Of a stretch of 64,000 bases of DNA, positions 30,905 to 40,387 are shown piece by piece. A program made the translations under genes and the position numbers. The stretch is taken from the NCBI GenBank assembly GCA_963726455.1, contig CAVSCK010000004.1:1664001-1728000 (forward strand), read 5' to 3'. A model generated the notes under the pieces. That model was not told where the DNA came from, made no database searches, and worked only from the letters and a program-made list of their open reading frames with translations. Within the stretch, counting starts at the first letter, position 1. Each line of letters begins with the position of its first letter. The DNA is from an uncultured bacterium. Its GTDB lineage: Bacteria > Zixibacteria > MSB-5A5 > CAIYYT01.

Positions 30905-31144
30905 TCATAAGGCACTCCCGCTTGCAGTTTTACGTCGCCCCACGATCATGAGTATTACCCCGACCGCGACGGCTCCTGCGCCGGCGATTGGTGACAGCGG
31001 GATTTCTTTCTTCTGGTCGACCTGGAGATGCACCGATCCCATGTCGACGACATTCTTGCTGGAGGTATAGGTTATGCCTCCGTAAATGAGCCCCACCACA
31101 CCGAGCACAATCAGAATTATGCCGATGATGGTTGTGATATTCAT
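30905..31144 (-). CDS. Small two-TM membrane protein (DUF3185-like)
   Basis: 79 aa; IIGIILIVLGVVGLIYGG..IPLSPIAG. Confidence 0.75.
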   Translation of the reverse strand: MNITTIIGIILIVLGVVGLIYGGITYTSSKNVVDMGSVHLQVDQKKEIPLSPIAGAGAVAVGVILMIVGRRKTASGSAL

Positions 31145-31172
31145 AAACGTTCCTTTCTTGACGCGGTCAGCG

Positions 31173-31322
31173 TCAGATTAGCCGTCGGCCGGAAATAACC
31201 CGGATCAACACGGCTACAATGGCGATTACCAGCAGTATGTGAATGAAGCCACTTATCGTAACGCCTGATACCATGCCCAGTGCCCACAAAACCAGTAGCA
31301 CTACGGCTATTGTCCACAGCAT
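31173..31322 (-). CDS. lmo0937-family small membrane protein (49 aa), absent from the ORF track
   Basis: MLWTIAVVLLVLWALGMVSGVTISGFIHILLVIAIVAVLIRVISGRRLI*, RBS AAAGGAGA. Confidence 0.88.
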   Translation of the reverse strand: MLWTIAVVLLVLWALGMVSGVTISGFIHILLVIAIVAVLIRVISGRRLI

Positions 31323-31398
31323 ATGATTCTCCTTTCCGAAGTATTGGAAACGCTACCGGCCTGTGCAAATTTGCTTTGGCCGGCAGCGATCCGGTTAT

Positions 31399-32178
31399 CT
31401 AGTTTGCAGTTTCAATCGTCATTTGATTGTTTACGCTCTTCACGCCATGGATATCACTGACGCGTTTGGTTGCCAAGTCTATCTCGGCCTGATTCTTTGC
31501 CGAGCCACTCAGGGTGACAACGCCCTTATGAGTCGAGACTTTGGTGTCAAACATGTCCGTGCCATGATGGAACAGCAGTGACATTCTCACTTGGGTAGTG
31601 ATGGATGCATCATCAATCTTATCCCCAACCGAACGATGCGATTTGTCAGAACCCTTGTTCACAGTCATCTGGTTGTCCACGTCCTTGACGCCGGAAACAT
31701 CACTGGCGTATTCGGTCGTGAGTTGCTTCTGCGCTTCGCTGTTGGCAGTGCCTCGCAGAGTTACTTTACCGTCAGTGACGGAAACATTGGTGTTGACGTA
31801 GCTCACGCTCCGGTGAAACAGGAGCGTGCTTCTTACTCTGTCTGCGAGCCAGGCGTCCGAGTTTGCAGTAGCGGGCGAACCGGTGATGGTGAGCTGGTTG
31901 TTAACGCTCTTGACCCCGGGCAAGCCCTCTACGGTCTCTTGCGCCATCGACTTGTGAGAATCGTTCGAAACCGTACCCGTCAAAGTGACGACACCATCGT
32001 CGGATTTGACTTTGATTGCGTCATCTTTGAGATAGGTCGTGTAGACGTACGACTTCTTGGCCGAGTTTTCGATGCGTTTGTCCGTTTGCGACGCATTGAG
32101 AGTTGCGCTACCCATCAATAGTAGCATTGCGACCCATGCCGCTACAGCTGCCAAGAAGAGTGTCGATTTGATTTTCAT
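31399..32178 (-). CDS. Periplasmic protein with three BON domains (OsmY-like)
   Basis: Signal peptide; three repeats of D..I..GxVTLxG..GVKSVxNQ; RBS GAAGGAGA before ATG at 32178. Confidence 0.92.
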   Translation of the reverse strand: MKIKSTLFLAAVAAWVAMLLLMGSATLNASQTDKRIENSAKKSYVYTTYLKDDAIKVKSDDGVVTLTGTVSNDSHKSMAQETVEGLPGVKSVNNQLTITGSPATANSDAWLADRVRSTLLFHRSVSYVNTNVSVTDGKVTLRGTANSEAQKQLTTEYASDVSGVKDVDNQMTVNKGSDKSHRSVGDKIDDASITTQVRMSLLFHHGTDMFDTKVSTHKGVVTLSGSAKNQAEIDLATKRVSDIHGVKSVNNQMTIETAN

Positions 32179-32366
32179 ACCGTTTTCTCCTTCACGTTTT
32201 TGGATTTGTGCGTTGCATTTCCATGCATTCTTGAGAAACACTTTGCGTCTTCGTTGAATTCCAGAACCTTTCTTTTCACCAGTTTACGCCCGTCTCTGCG
32301 CGATGGCTGCGACGCGAAGAGCGTGGTCAATCTTAGGTTCAGTACCCGCGACGTCCTTTGCATACA

Positions 32367-32861
32367 CTACGTTCCGAACGTCCAACCTAGAGTAAACTTA
32401 AAGTCGGGGGCGTCTACCAGGCCAAGCTTGCCCTCCAGGAAGAAGTGCCCTGACTCGCTGCCAGACGATCCTCTGCCAATACCAAACTGTAGATAGATGC
32501 CAAGCTTCGACGTACTACCTCCGTGCTTCGCCGAGTAGAATACTGGCCCCGCCCCACCACCGAGATAGGGTGTCCAAGATCCCCAGTCTGAGCGAAACCT
32601 GTAATCCACTTCAAAGGACGGAGCAATCGTCGTCAGGTTATCGCCAAAACCGATTTCCAGATTCGGTTGCATCATGAGGTTGTTCGCCAGATCCCCCAGA
32701 TCGATATGGCCGCCCACATGGAACTGATCCGGATTGATCGTGAGTCCAAGTCTCGGTCCGATGCCGTGGAAACCGACCGGGCGTCTACCCGCAAAAGCCG
32801 TGAGACTTAGTAGCACAGCGATTAACAACGCTGCGAAAATGATGTGTTTCATACTGTTCAT
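32367..32861 (-). CDS. Small outer-membrane beta-barrel protein
   Basis: Signal peptide, PYLGGGAG and C-terminal FTLGWTF strand. Confidence 0.72.
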   Translation of the reverse strand: MNSMKHIIFAALLIAVLLSLTAFAGRRPVGFHGIGPRLGLTINPDQFHVGGHIDLGDLANNLMMQPNLEIGFGDNLTTIAPSFEVDYRFRSDWGSWTPYLGGGAGPVFYSAKHGGSTSKLGIYLQFGIGRGSSGSESGHFFLEGKLGLVDAPDFKFTLGWTFGT

Positions 32862-32926
32862 GTCGTTCCTTTCAATACATGTTCAATCGGAGATAGTCTC
32901 GGATTGCCTGTCGAGGCAGACTTCCG

Positions 32927-33571
32927 CTATCTCAGAGCGATCTGTGTCGACTGACTCGAATAGAACACGACCTGCGAACCGGCTGCATGAAAGATGTCAT
33001 GCTTGCCGGTCGCTGCGGACAAACCCGTGCCGGCAGCCGCACCGGCAACCGCGCCGATTTCGGTACTGCCCTTCTTGTCAATTAGCTTGCCGACGATACC
33101 GCCAACTATGGCCCCACCACCGATCATGGCAACTTCGCGGGTCGTATGCGAAGCCTTTTTCTCTGCTATCGCGGTAGTGCCTACTTCAATCCAGCGTCCA
33201 TTTCGGTCCTGGATAGCCGTCAGACTGTAGTTCAATTCCGCTGGGGTTTTGAGATGACCAGATTGAACGACCTTGTTCAGTATTCCTTTCGCTCCGGCGC
33301 CATCCGCAAACAGGGTGTGGCCATCAACGACGATAGGACGGGAAAGTCTGGCGCGAAATTCCGCACCGGACAACTGAACATCAGTATCGATCGAATCAGT
33401 AAGAGTAACGGCAATGGCCGTGTTCCCCGGCATGGTAACATAGGTAGTGACCTTGGCTGCCTGGGCGACTGGCACCTTGCCAGTTTGTTGTTCCGTTGTG
33501 TTGCCGGTACCGCAAGACGCGATCACGAGCAACAGCGAAACGGACAAGAACAGACTAAGTATCTTAAACAT
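32927..33571 (-). CDS. Lipoprotein with beta domain and glycine-zipper hairpin
   Basis: Lipobox IASC; IGGGAIVGGIVG..IGAVAGAAAGTG. Confidence 0.75.
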   Translation of the reverse strand: MFKILSLFLSVSLLLVIASCGTGNTTEQQTGKVPVAQAAKVTTYVTMPGNTAIAVTLTDSIDTDVQLSGAEFRARLSRPIVVDGHTLFADGAGAKGILNKVVQSGHLKTPAELNYSLTAIQDRNGRWIEVGTTAIAEKKASHTTREVAMIGGGAIVGGIVGKLIDKKGSTEIGAVAGAAAGTGLSAATGKHDIFHAAGSQVVFYSSQSTQIALR

Positions 33572-33622
33572 GCTAACTCCTTGTGAATTTCGAATCTACA
33601 TTGTTATCCTAACCACCGATCA

Positions 33623-34291
33623 TTAACCCGTACTTCCGCTCCTAACTTGATCCGCAGCCGTTTCGGGGTTATCGTTTCGCATGAGATGTGCGAAGAGCTC
33701 ATCCCGCAGGAATCTGCGGCCCCGATTCAGCTTTGCTTCGATTGCATGCGGCTGAACGCCGGCCAGTTTGGCGATCTCTACGTTGGTAAATCCCTCGAGA
33801 TATGATAGAATCATTACAGACCGATACTCCTGAGGAAGACTGGCAATAGATCTAAAGTAGTTGACATCGTTGTCAGACTTACCAGGTATGGACGTCATCA
33901 GTGAATCATCGGCAGTCGTGTTCAGAAACAGTCGATTGTTCTTGATGAGGCTCACGTCAATGTTGTCAGCGCCGGACTGATCAATTGGCGACGACAGTCG
34001 GCGACGGCCGCTGAAGAACTGCCTGGTCAGGATTTTGTGCAGCCGAATATCGTAGCTTCCTTCCGGGATCTCATCATCCCAGGACCGATATGCCTCGGCC
34101 ATTGCCTCGCGCAGCAAATTGACGGCATCGCGTCCATTCTTGGTTAACCATAAGGCGAATTGGAGAAGCACCTCGACGTGCAGTGAGATCTTTTCCTTGA
34201 AGTCTGCTTCTCTCACGTTTTCGCTCATCATACTTAACTCCTCAACTTTCGTGCCGTGCTGCGATTCCGGGTTCTTTGGGTTCAGAGACAT
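33623..34291 (-). CDS. ECF-type RNA polymerase sigma factor (divergent region 2)
   Basis: Region 4 SLPQEYRSVMILSYLEGFTNVEIA..KLNRGRRFLR; region 2 ALWLTKNGRDAVNLLRE. Confidence 0.8.
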   Translation of the reverse strand: MSLNPKNPESQHGTKVEELSMMSENVREADFKEKISLHVEVLLQFALWLTKNGRDAVNLLREAMAEAYRSWDDEIPEGSYDIRLHKILTRQFFSGRRRLSSPIDQSGADNIDVSLIKNNRLFLNTTADDSLMTSIPGKSDNDVNYFRSIASLPQEYRSVMILSYLEGFTNVEIAKLAGVQPHAIEAKLNRGRRFLRDELFAHLMRNDNPETAADQVRSGSTG

Positions 34292-34327
34292 GAAGTCTCT
34301 GACAACTCATTCTGCCTTTGTCTATAG

Positions 34328-34372
34328 AGCATACGGCTAATTGTTCAAGCGAACAATCGCCCGGAGGGTTGA
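34328..34372 (-). promoter_or_regulatory. Shared island promoter motif, copy 3 (ECF sigma promoter)
   Basis: Minus strand TCAACC-CTCC-GGGCGA, TTGTTC, 17 nt, TATGCT. Confidence 0.6.
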
Positions 34373-34442
34373 AAAGGTAGTTAGCTACTTGGGTATAGGG
34401 AGGGACTGCGGTATGTGAAGCCGCACGTTTACATCTTCGTTT

Positions 34443-35228
34443 CTAGAAGTTGAAACTGATGGTGAAGGGATAAACTGCGGACACTTGCACTGCCGATTCC
34501 TTCTTCTCGTGTAGGTCCACGACCCAACTCCCGACCAGGAAACCGATGGTGGCGCCGAGGAAGTCGTCGGATGTCCAGTGTTGATCCTGATAGACTCGGG
34601 AGATGAATGTGAGCGCTGCGGGAACATAAGCCAAAACCTTCAGAGTATTTGAGTGAGCATTCCGAGAAAGGACCGTCGACATTGCCCAACCGTTGGTGTT
34701 ATGCCCTCCGGGGAGCGAATGAAAGCCAAAGTCAGAAATGTTAAGCGGATGAAAATTGAATGCGCCTTTGTTCTCATACGGTCTTGCTCTGCCAAAGACT
34801 ATTTTAAGTGCCTGTGTGATTGTTTCCGAATACAAAGAAGCTTGCACCAGTTCAAAACCGATCTTCTTTGACGAAGAACTATTCGCCAGCCATCCGTGCA
34901 AACCGAACGCGCCCGCGATGACTGGTGGTGTGTACCATTCGCCCCAGACTCTGCCGGCTTCAATCGGAACGCTGTGATAATATCTTCCGTGATCTCTCAG
35001 GACGACGTCGCGAACAGGTTGGTCGACCTGCATCACCAAACCGGTAACCGCGACGATTGCCCCGAGTTTGAGCCAGTCGTTGCCGCGCCAATTGCCCGGC
35101 TGTTTGACGAAGTTAAGGGTCTCGTGCGTAAATTGCGAGACATTGTATCGGTTTTGTGCGAGCAGTGAGGATTCGCAAACGAGTAAGAGGAAGAACGAAA
35201 AGAATATCCTAAGTCGTATCATGTTCAA
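34443..35228 (-). CDS. PAP2-family phosphatase
   Basis: K..FGRARP, SLPGGH and SRVYQDQHWTSD catalytic motifs. Confidence 0.88.
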   Translation of the reverse strand: MNMIRLRIFFSFFLLLVCESSLLAQNRYNVSQFTHETLNFVKQPGNWRGNDWLKLGAIVAVTGLVMQVDQPVRDVVLRDHGRYYHSVPIEAGRVWGEWYTPPVIAGAFGLHGWLANSSSSKKIGFELVQASLYSETITQALKIVFGRARPYENKGAFNFHPLNISDFGFHSLPGGHNTNGWAMSTVLSRNAHSNTLKVLAYVPAALTFISRVYQDQHWTSDDFLGATIGFLVGSWVVDLHEKKESAVQVSAVYPFTISFNF

Positions 35229-35269
35229 TTGTTCCTCAAGTTTTCATATGAATTCCAGGCAACAGCAGC

Positions 35270-36823
35270 TCAGTCTTTGCGTTTGAACTGTTCGAAGTAG
35301 ACTTTCAGATACAACCTCTGTTCGGTCCGAACGAAATGGATGGCGTGAAAATCATTCGGATATCTATCACTATAATACACCAGATGTTCAAATCCCAGAC
35401 TAAGATTATTAACGAATCTGACCTCGATTCTGGGCCTGATGATGGCCATGTAATGATCCCCCTTGTGACCGACATAGGTGTGAATCCAATAGTAATAAGC
35501 AACGAATGTGAAATTGGCCCGCTTTCCCAGTTCAATCGTGCTTTCGGCCTTTCCTCCCAATCCGCCGCCATAATTGTAGTCTCGAAATTGAGATGTATCG
35601 GGCCCATAGCGCGTGCTGTTTCCGGCGAGAGGCACAACGCCGAGATGGACGCTGGTGTAAAGATGAGTATTCAAAATCAGAGGCAATTTGGAAATTGCGC
35701 CGCCCCCGAAAGTAATTGCGCCCAGTTCGAAGGTCTTGTTGTCCCAGAAGTCATAGTGTTGAAATAGCCCGACCAGCATTTCCAACGATCCGTACTGAAC
35801 ATTCGTAGCGGTGAGGACCCCGAGGCCGTTTATGTTGTCGAGGATCTTCCTCCCCACGCCGAAATTGAGATCGGTCCGCATCTTGAAGTAGTCAAAGGGC
35901 TTTCGGGACCTTTTCTCGAACGGATTTCCGTAATCAACATCGAGATTAAATGTGGCGCTGACAGATCCCGTACCAAATCTAGATCCCTGATTGAGTCTGC
36001 GGAATCCGGTGGACAATGTCGCGTTGAGCGGTTCTTTTTGATATATCTCTTTCGAGGTGTGTCTGAACATCTGCATCGACGTAAGCCGGCCAAATCCCCT
36101 CGACGGATCTATCGCGGCAGCGGCCAACTCTCGAAAGAACCTGTTCTTACCGGTTGCTCTGTCGTCCAAGACGTTGGAACTCAACCGGTAGAGTATCTCT
36201 CCGAAAAACGCGCCGCTGACGGGCGTATTGATGACATCGTTAAATGACGGTAGAGTTGTCTCCCCAAAATACTCGTACGTCAAACTGCCGCCGATAGCAA
36301 AGGGGATTGCTTCGTAAAAGCTGTATCCGCTGGAAAGTGCCGAATTGTAGTATCCCGCGCCCCCATAGGGATGAAAGAAGAAGTTCATGCCAAATCTGTC
36401 CGTATCCCATTCCCACCCGGTCTTTACATTATGTTTCCAGGAATTGAATCCGACCCTCGCATAATCATATCTCAACACATAATGGTCGGCAGCTGTTGTG
36501 GCAGCGTTAGCACCGACGACCTTCAAGGCAACAGACCACCATGGCTTTTTCGGATTGTATTCCGGGTCGTCATCCTTCAGATCACCGTACTTATTGTATT
36601 TGGTATAGAACAATGAATCTCTTGCCGAACGCCATTTGGTATTTAGCCCTGCCTCAGAATGGATTTCGATTCGTTTCTGGATGGCGGCGGTGTCTGCCGG
36701 TGTCTTGGGGCTTGGTGACATGACCGCCGCAGGCGTATCCTTATTCTGTGCTTGAAGAGTTGCCGACACCAGTATCGACAGCAGGAACACTTGGACTATT
36801 CTTATCATTGCCTTAGATAACAC
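35270..36823 (-). CDS. DUF3943-domain exported/outer-membrane protein
   Basis: WEWDTDRFGMNFFFHPYGG..EYFGETTLPSFNDVINTP..GEILYR; beta-rich C-terminus. Confidence 0.78.
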   Translation of the reverse strand: MLSKAMIRIVQVFLLSILVSATLQAQNKDTPAAVMSPSPKTPADTAAIQKRIEIHSEAGLNTKWRSARDSLFYTKYNKYGDLKDDDPEYNPKKPWWSVALKVVGANAATTAADHYVLRYDYARVGFNSWKHNVKTGWEWDTDRFGMNFFFHPYGGAGYYNSALSSGYSFYEAIPFAIGGSLTYEYFGETTLPSFNDVINTPVSGAFFGEILYRLSSNVLDDRATGKNRFFRELAAAAIDPSRGFGRLTSMQMFRHTSKEIYQKEPLNATLSTGFRRLNQGSRFGTGSVSATFNLDVDYGNPFEKRSRKPFDYFKMRTDLNFGVGRKILDNINGLGVLTATNVQYGSLEMLVGLFQHYDFWDNKTFELGAITFGGGAISKLPLILNTHLYTSVHLGVVPLAGNSTRYGPDTSQFRDYNYGGGLGGKAESTIELGKRANFTFVAYYYWIHTYVGHKGDHYMAIIRPRIEVRFVNNLSLGFEHLVYYSDRYPNDFHAIHFVRTEQRLYLKVYFEQFKRKD

Positions 36824-36852
36824 AGTTTGATCTGTCCTTTCAGATTGCGGAG

Positions 36853-37542
36853 CTAAGCGCGAACCTTGCGGTTTCGCACCGAAACCTTCTTGATCCCGCC
36901 CTTTGGAAGAGCAAAGGTAGCCAATTCCAGACGCGTGTGAAGAGCCAGCTTGTCCAGTATGTTGCGGACATGGCCTTTGACGGTAAAGACAGCGACCTTG
37001 AGTCTACGAGAGGTTTCGGTAATGCTCTTTCCCTCCGCTAGTAAAACAATAACCTCTTGCTCCCGTTTGGACATTTTGACGGCAGCCATCACGCGATCTA
37101 TTGTTCCACCCTGAATTGCGTTTTCCACAACATGAGAGAAAAGCGAATCGGCCATGGTCGGAGGCAGGACCTTCACTCCCTTGACAACCGATCTGATAGT
37201 GTGCAGAAAATCGTCCAGAGTCGCGTCTCTCGGAACATATCCTGAGACCCCGGCCTTGACGAGTTCGACCACCTGTGAATGTGCCGGGATCAAGTCCATG
37301 ACAACGACTTCCGCTCGAGGGCATTGCTTTCTGATTGCCTCGAGGACTTTCAAACTGTTTTGACTCTTGAGGCCCAGGTCGAGCAGTACGACGTCCGGCT
37401 TGAGCTTCCTGGCCTTTTCGAGGGCACTTATATTGCCGGCGGACGATATTGCCGAGATGTCCGCTTGTTCGTTGAGCATTGCGGTCGTCCCATCGCGCAG
37501 CAGGCGATTATCTTCGATGAGCAGAAGCTTAATCTTAATCAT
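36853..37542 (-). CDS. NarL/LuxR-family response regulator (paralog 1)
   Basis: REC domain LLIEDN..VVLLDL; LuxR HTH REQEV..TVKGHVRNILDKL. Confidence 0.92.
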   Translation of the reverse strand: MIKIKLLLIEDNRLLRDGTTAMLNEQADISAISSAGNISALEKARKLKPDVVLLDLGLKSQNSLKVLEAIRKQCPRAEVVVMDLIPAHSQVVELVKAGVSGYVPRDATLDDFLHTIRSVVKGVKVLPPTMADSLFSHVVENAIQGGTIDRVMAAVKMSKREQEVIVLLAEGKSITETSRRLKVAVFTVKGHVRNILDKLALHTRLELATFALPKGGIKKVSVRNRKVRA

Positions 37543-37633
37543 AATTGATCGAGTCCTTTACCCATTGGTCAACGGTCCTTTCAAAGCTGATGAGTTCAGC
37601 ATGGGTAGGTCAAGGCCTATGTGTTCCTTGATT

Positions 37634-37678
37634 AGGATACGACCGCTATCGCGGTGAATCAATCGCTCGTAAGGATGA
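37634..37678 (-). promoter_or_regulatory. Shared island promoter motif, copy 4 (response regulator promoter)
   Basis: Minus strand TCATCC-TTAC-GAGCGA, TTGATT, 17 nt, TATCCT. Confidence 0.6.
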
Positions 37679-37707
37679 AAAAGGAGTTAGCTCTCTTGAT
37701 AGAGGTA

Positions 37708-38397
37708 CTAATTGCGGTCAGAGAGGGATCTGGTGGAAGTCTTTTCGTTCATTCCTTGAGAATGGGCGAAGGTTGCCAGCTCGAGGCGAGTGTGCAGGGC
37801 CAGCTTCTCCAATATGTTGTGTACGTGGCTCTTGACCGTGTAAACGGCAATATTGAGCTCGCTGGCGATCTCTTTGTTGCTTTTGCCGGCGGCGATGTGA
37901 CCAATCACATCTCGTTCACGGCTGGTCATTTTGACGGCCGATATCAACTTATCCACTTTGCCGCCCTGAATTGCATGCTCCACGATCTGGGAAAAAAGCG
38001 AACCCGCCATCGGCGGGGGGAGAATCTTTGTGCCTTTCACAACTGATCTGATGGTGTGCAGGAAATCGTTTAGAGTCGCGTCCTTGAGAATAAACCCGGA
38101 GACTCCCGCTTTGACAAATTCGACAACCTCCGCATGCGCCGGGACCAAGTCCATAACCACCACATGGGTCTCGGGAAACTGTTTCTTCATCGTCTCAACT
38201 ACTGTCAAACTGTTTTGGTTCTTGAGACCCAGGTCGAGCAACACAACATCAGGCGTCTGCTTCTTGGCCTTCTCGAAGGCGTCGCCGTTGCCGGAGGACG
38301 AGATAACCTTGATGTCCTCCTCCGCGTTCAGCATTTTGGTGATTCCTTCACGAAGAAGGCGATTGTCTTCGATCAATAAGACACGGATCTTAGGCAT
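37708..38397 (-). CDS. NarL/LuxR-family response regulator (paralog 2)
   Basis: Same 229 aa length as paralog 1 with long identical stretches; GKSNKEIASELNIAVYTVKSHVHNILEKL. Confidence 0.93.
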   Translation of the reverse strand: MPKIRVLLIEDNRLLREGITKMLNAEEDIKVISSSGNGDAFEKAKKQTPDVVLLDLGLKNQNSLTVVETMKKQFPETHVVVMDLVPAHAEVVEFVKAGVSGFILKDATLNDFLHTIRSVVKGTKILPPPMAGSLFSQIVEHAIQGGKVDKLISAVKMTSRERDVIGHIAAGKSNKEIASELNIAVYTVKSHVHNILEKLALHTRLELATFAHSQGMNEKTSTRSLSDRN

Positions 38398-38686
38398 TAC
38401 GTAATTCCTCCTTCCTCAAATCTTGCGCCGAGCTTTGCTGAATTGATCCTTGTTCGACAACATAATTTAAACGTATTCAGCCAAGCCAAGGCAGAGCCAA
38501 TATATCGTTAGTGCTTTGGCACCGTCAAGAAAAAATCCGATGTTTTGGAACGAACGTGGATGGCGAGGCAGAGATTGGATAGCCATCCCCAGGGCTGATG
38601 GAGTCGCTCTAATATCAGGTCGTTCGGCGTGATAGGAACTGATCGGGTCTATTGCGGCTGATGGCTCCGTGACGGGACCGAATTGC

Positions 38687-40156
38687 TCAAACCCTCTTAA
38701 AATCGATGAATCCCCGTTCGACGTCCACATGGATCAGTTGAACGCGAATTTTGTGGCCCACGTCGATTCCGTCAAGTCCTTGCTCTAACTTGCCTTCAAC
38801 AGGGGGATAGAGAAGACGAGCCCAAGTTCCTTTGGGACCTGAACCAGTGACAATCGCATCAAATCGTTCCCCGATTCTGGATTCCAAGAGCATCGCTGCA
38901 GCGGATTTCGAGACTTGCCGCTCCACCTTGTTAGCGGCATCTTCTTCCTCTGTACAGTGTTTTGCTAGTGTCTCCAGTGCGTCAATTTGGTATGGGATAG
39001 GGTTGTTTCCGATGGCGGCTTTCAACAAGCGTTGCGTGATGAGGTCGGGATAGCGGCGATTAGGGGCCGTGGAATGAGTATAGTCTCGGACCGCCAGACC
39101 AAAATGCCCCGGAGCAGTCTCTCCCGGTAGTTCCGCCACATATTCGCCAGATCCCAAGAGCTTGATGATTGAGAGGGAAAGGTCAGGGAATCTCAGCGGG
39201 TCGGCCGCCTTCTGCTTCACCAGGAACTCCTCCAACGTTTTGGAATCCGGCTCAGCCGAGAGCTTGAATCCGTGTTCATCTGCAATCTCGACAATCCGCT
39301 CCCATCGCTTGGGCGTGCGGACGACACGGCGCAGGGAGGGAAACTGCTTGGCTGCGAGATATCGTGCAGTCACACCGTTAGCCGCAATCATGAAATCCTC
39401 GATAATGTTCTTCGCGCGGTTCGTCCGTTCCTCCTGGATATCGCGAAGTTCATCACCATCAAATATCGGTTTTGCCTCGATCGTTTCGAGAGCCAGGGCG
39501 CCATGCTCATGGCGGAAGCTTCTCATCTCCTGAGCCACCTTGTCTTGAGTACGAAGATTCTCATCGAGACCTTTCACCGCAGCGACCTCTTTAGGTATCG
39601 ATGCACTTCCGTCGAGCCATGCTGCAACACTATTATAGGCGAGTTTTGCGCGATTGCGAACGCGAGCCATGTAAATGTCCGAGTTTCGAACGGTACCGTC
39701 TGCGTCGACCTCCATTTCGACGACAACCGAAAGTCGATCCTCATCGAAGTTCAGGGATGTGAGATTGGTGGAGAGATTTTCGGGAAGCATCGGGAAGATT
39801 GCCCCGGCAGTATATACCGAGGTGGTGTTGTGACGCGCGTGTTCGTCGATTGCTGACCCCTCCGTCACAATCGAATCGACGTCTGCCACGGCAACCAGAA
39901 TCTTCATTTTGCTACCTGGAACCGCTATGGCAACTGTAAGCTGGTCCAGGTCTCGGGAGTCATCGTTGTCAATTGATGCCCAAAGCAGGTTTGTCAGATC
40001 TCGCACTTGCGCGCCATCCGAAGCTGCTGGAGCCTGAATCTTTGCAAGTTCCTCCAGCACCTCCGGTGAGAAGTCAGGAAGTAATCCCCGCTCGATCATC
40101 GCCTTCCGGGCGATTCGCTGGAGAATGGAGCGGTGCCGATTGTCTGTCGAATTCAT
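38687..40156 (-). CDS. RNB-domain exoribonuclease (RNase II/R family, short form)
   Basis: SIDNDDSRDLDQ, IEDFMIAAN, HFGLA..YTHSTAPNRRYPDLITQR and C-terminal S1-like domain. Confidence 0.92.
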   Translation of the reverse strand: MNSTDNRHRSILQRIARKAMIERGLLPDFSPEVLEELAKIQAPAASDGAQVRDLTNLLWASIDNDDSRDLDQLTVAIAVPGSKMKILVAVADVDSIVTEGSAIDEHARHNTTSVYTAGAIFPMLPENLSTNLTSLNFDEDRLSVVVEMEVDADGTVRNSDIYMARVRNRAKLAYNSVAAWLDGSASIPKEVAAVKGLDENLRTQDKVAQEMRSFRHEHGALALETIEAKPIFDGDELRDIQEERTNRAKNIIEDFMIAANGVTARYLAAKQFPSLRRVVRTPKRWERIVEIADEHGFKLSAEPDSKTLEEFLVKQKAADPLRFPDLSLSIIKLLGSGEYVAELPGETAPGHFGLAVRDYTHSTAPNRRYPDLITQRLLKAAIGNNPIPYQIDALETLAKHCTEEEDAANKVERQVSKSAAAMLLESRIGERFDAIVTGSGPKGTWARLLYPPVEGKLEQGLDGIDVGHKIRVQLIHVDVERGFIDFKRV

Positions 40157-40387
40157 AGATTCTGCCTATACAAATGGCTCCTGACTTTCATCGGCACCGC
40201 TCCAGATCCGCGCATTCGCTTGACCAGTAGTTCACGTCTATCAACTATCTGCAAATCGCACAGTTCCAACAGATTCTGTAGTCTCTCCCTGTGGCGCTGA
40301 TCCACTTCACCAATTTCCCCAAATAAACGTGCGACACAATCATTTCATTTGCCGGTGTCCTTGTGCCAATGTTGTTTGACCAGTATG

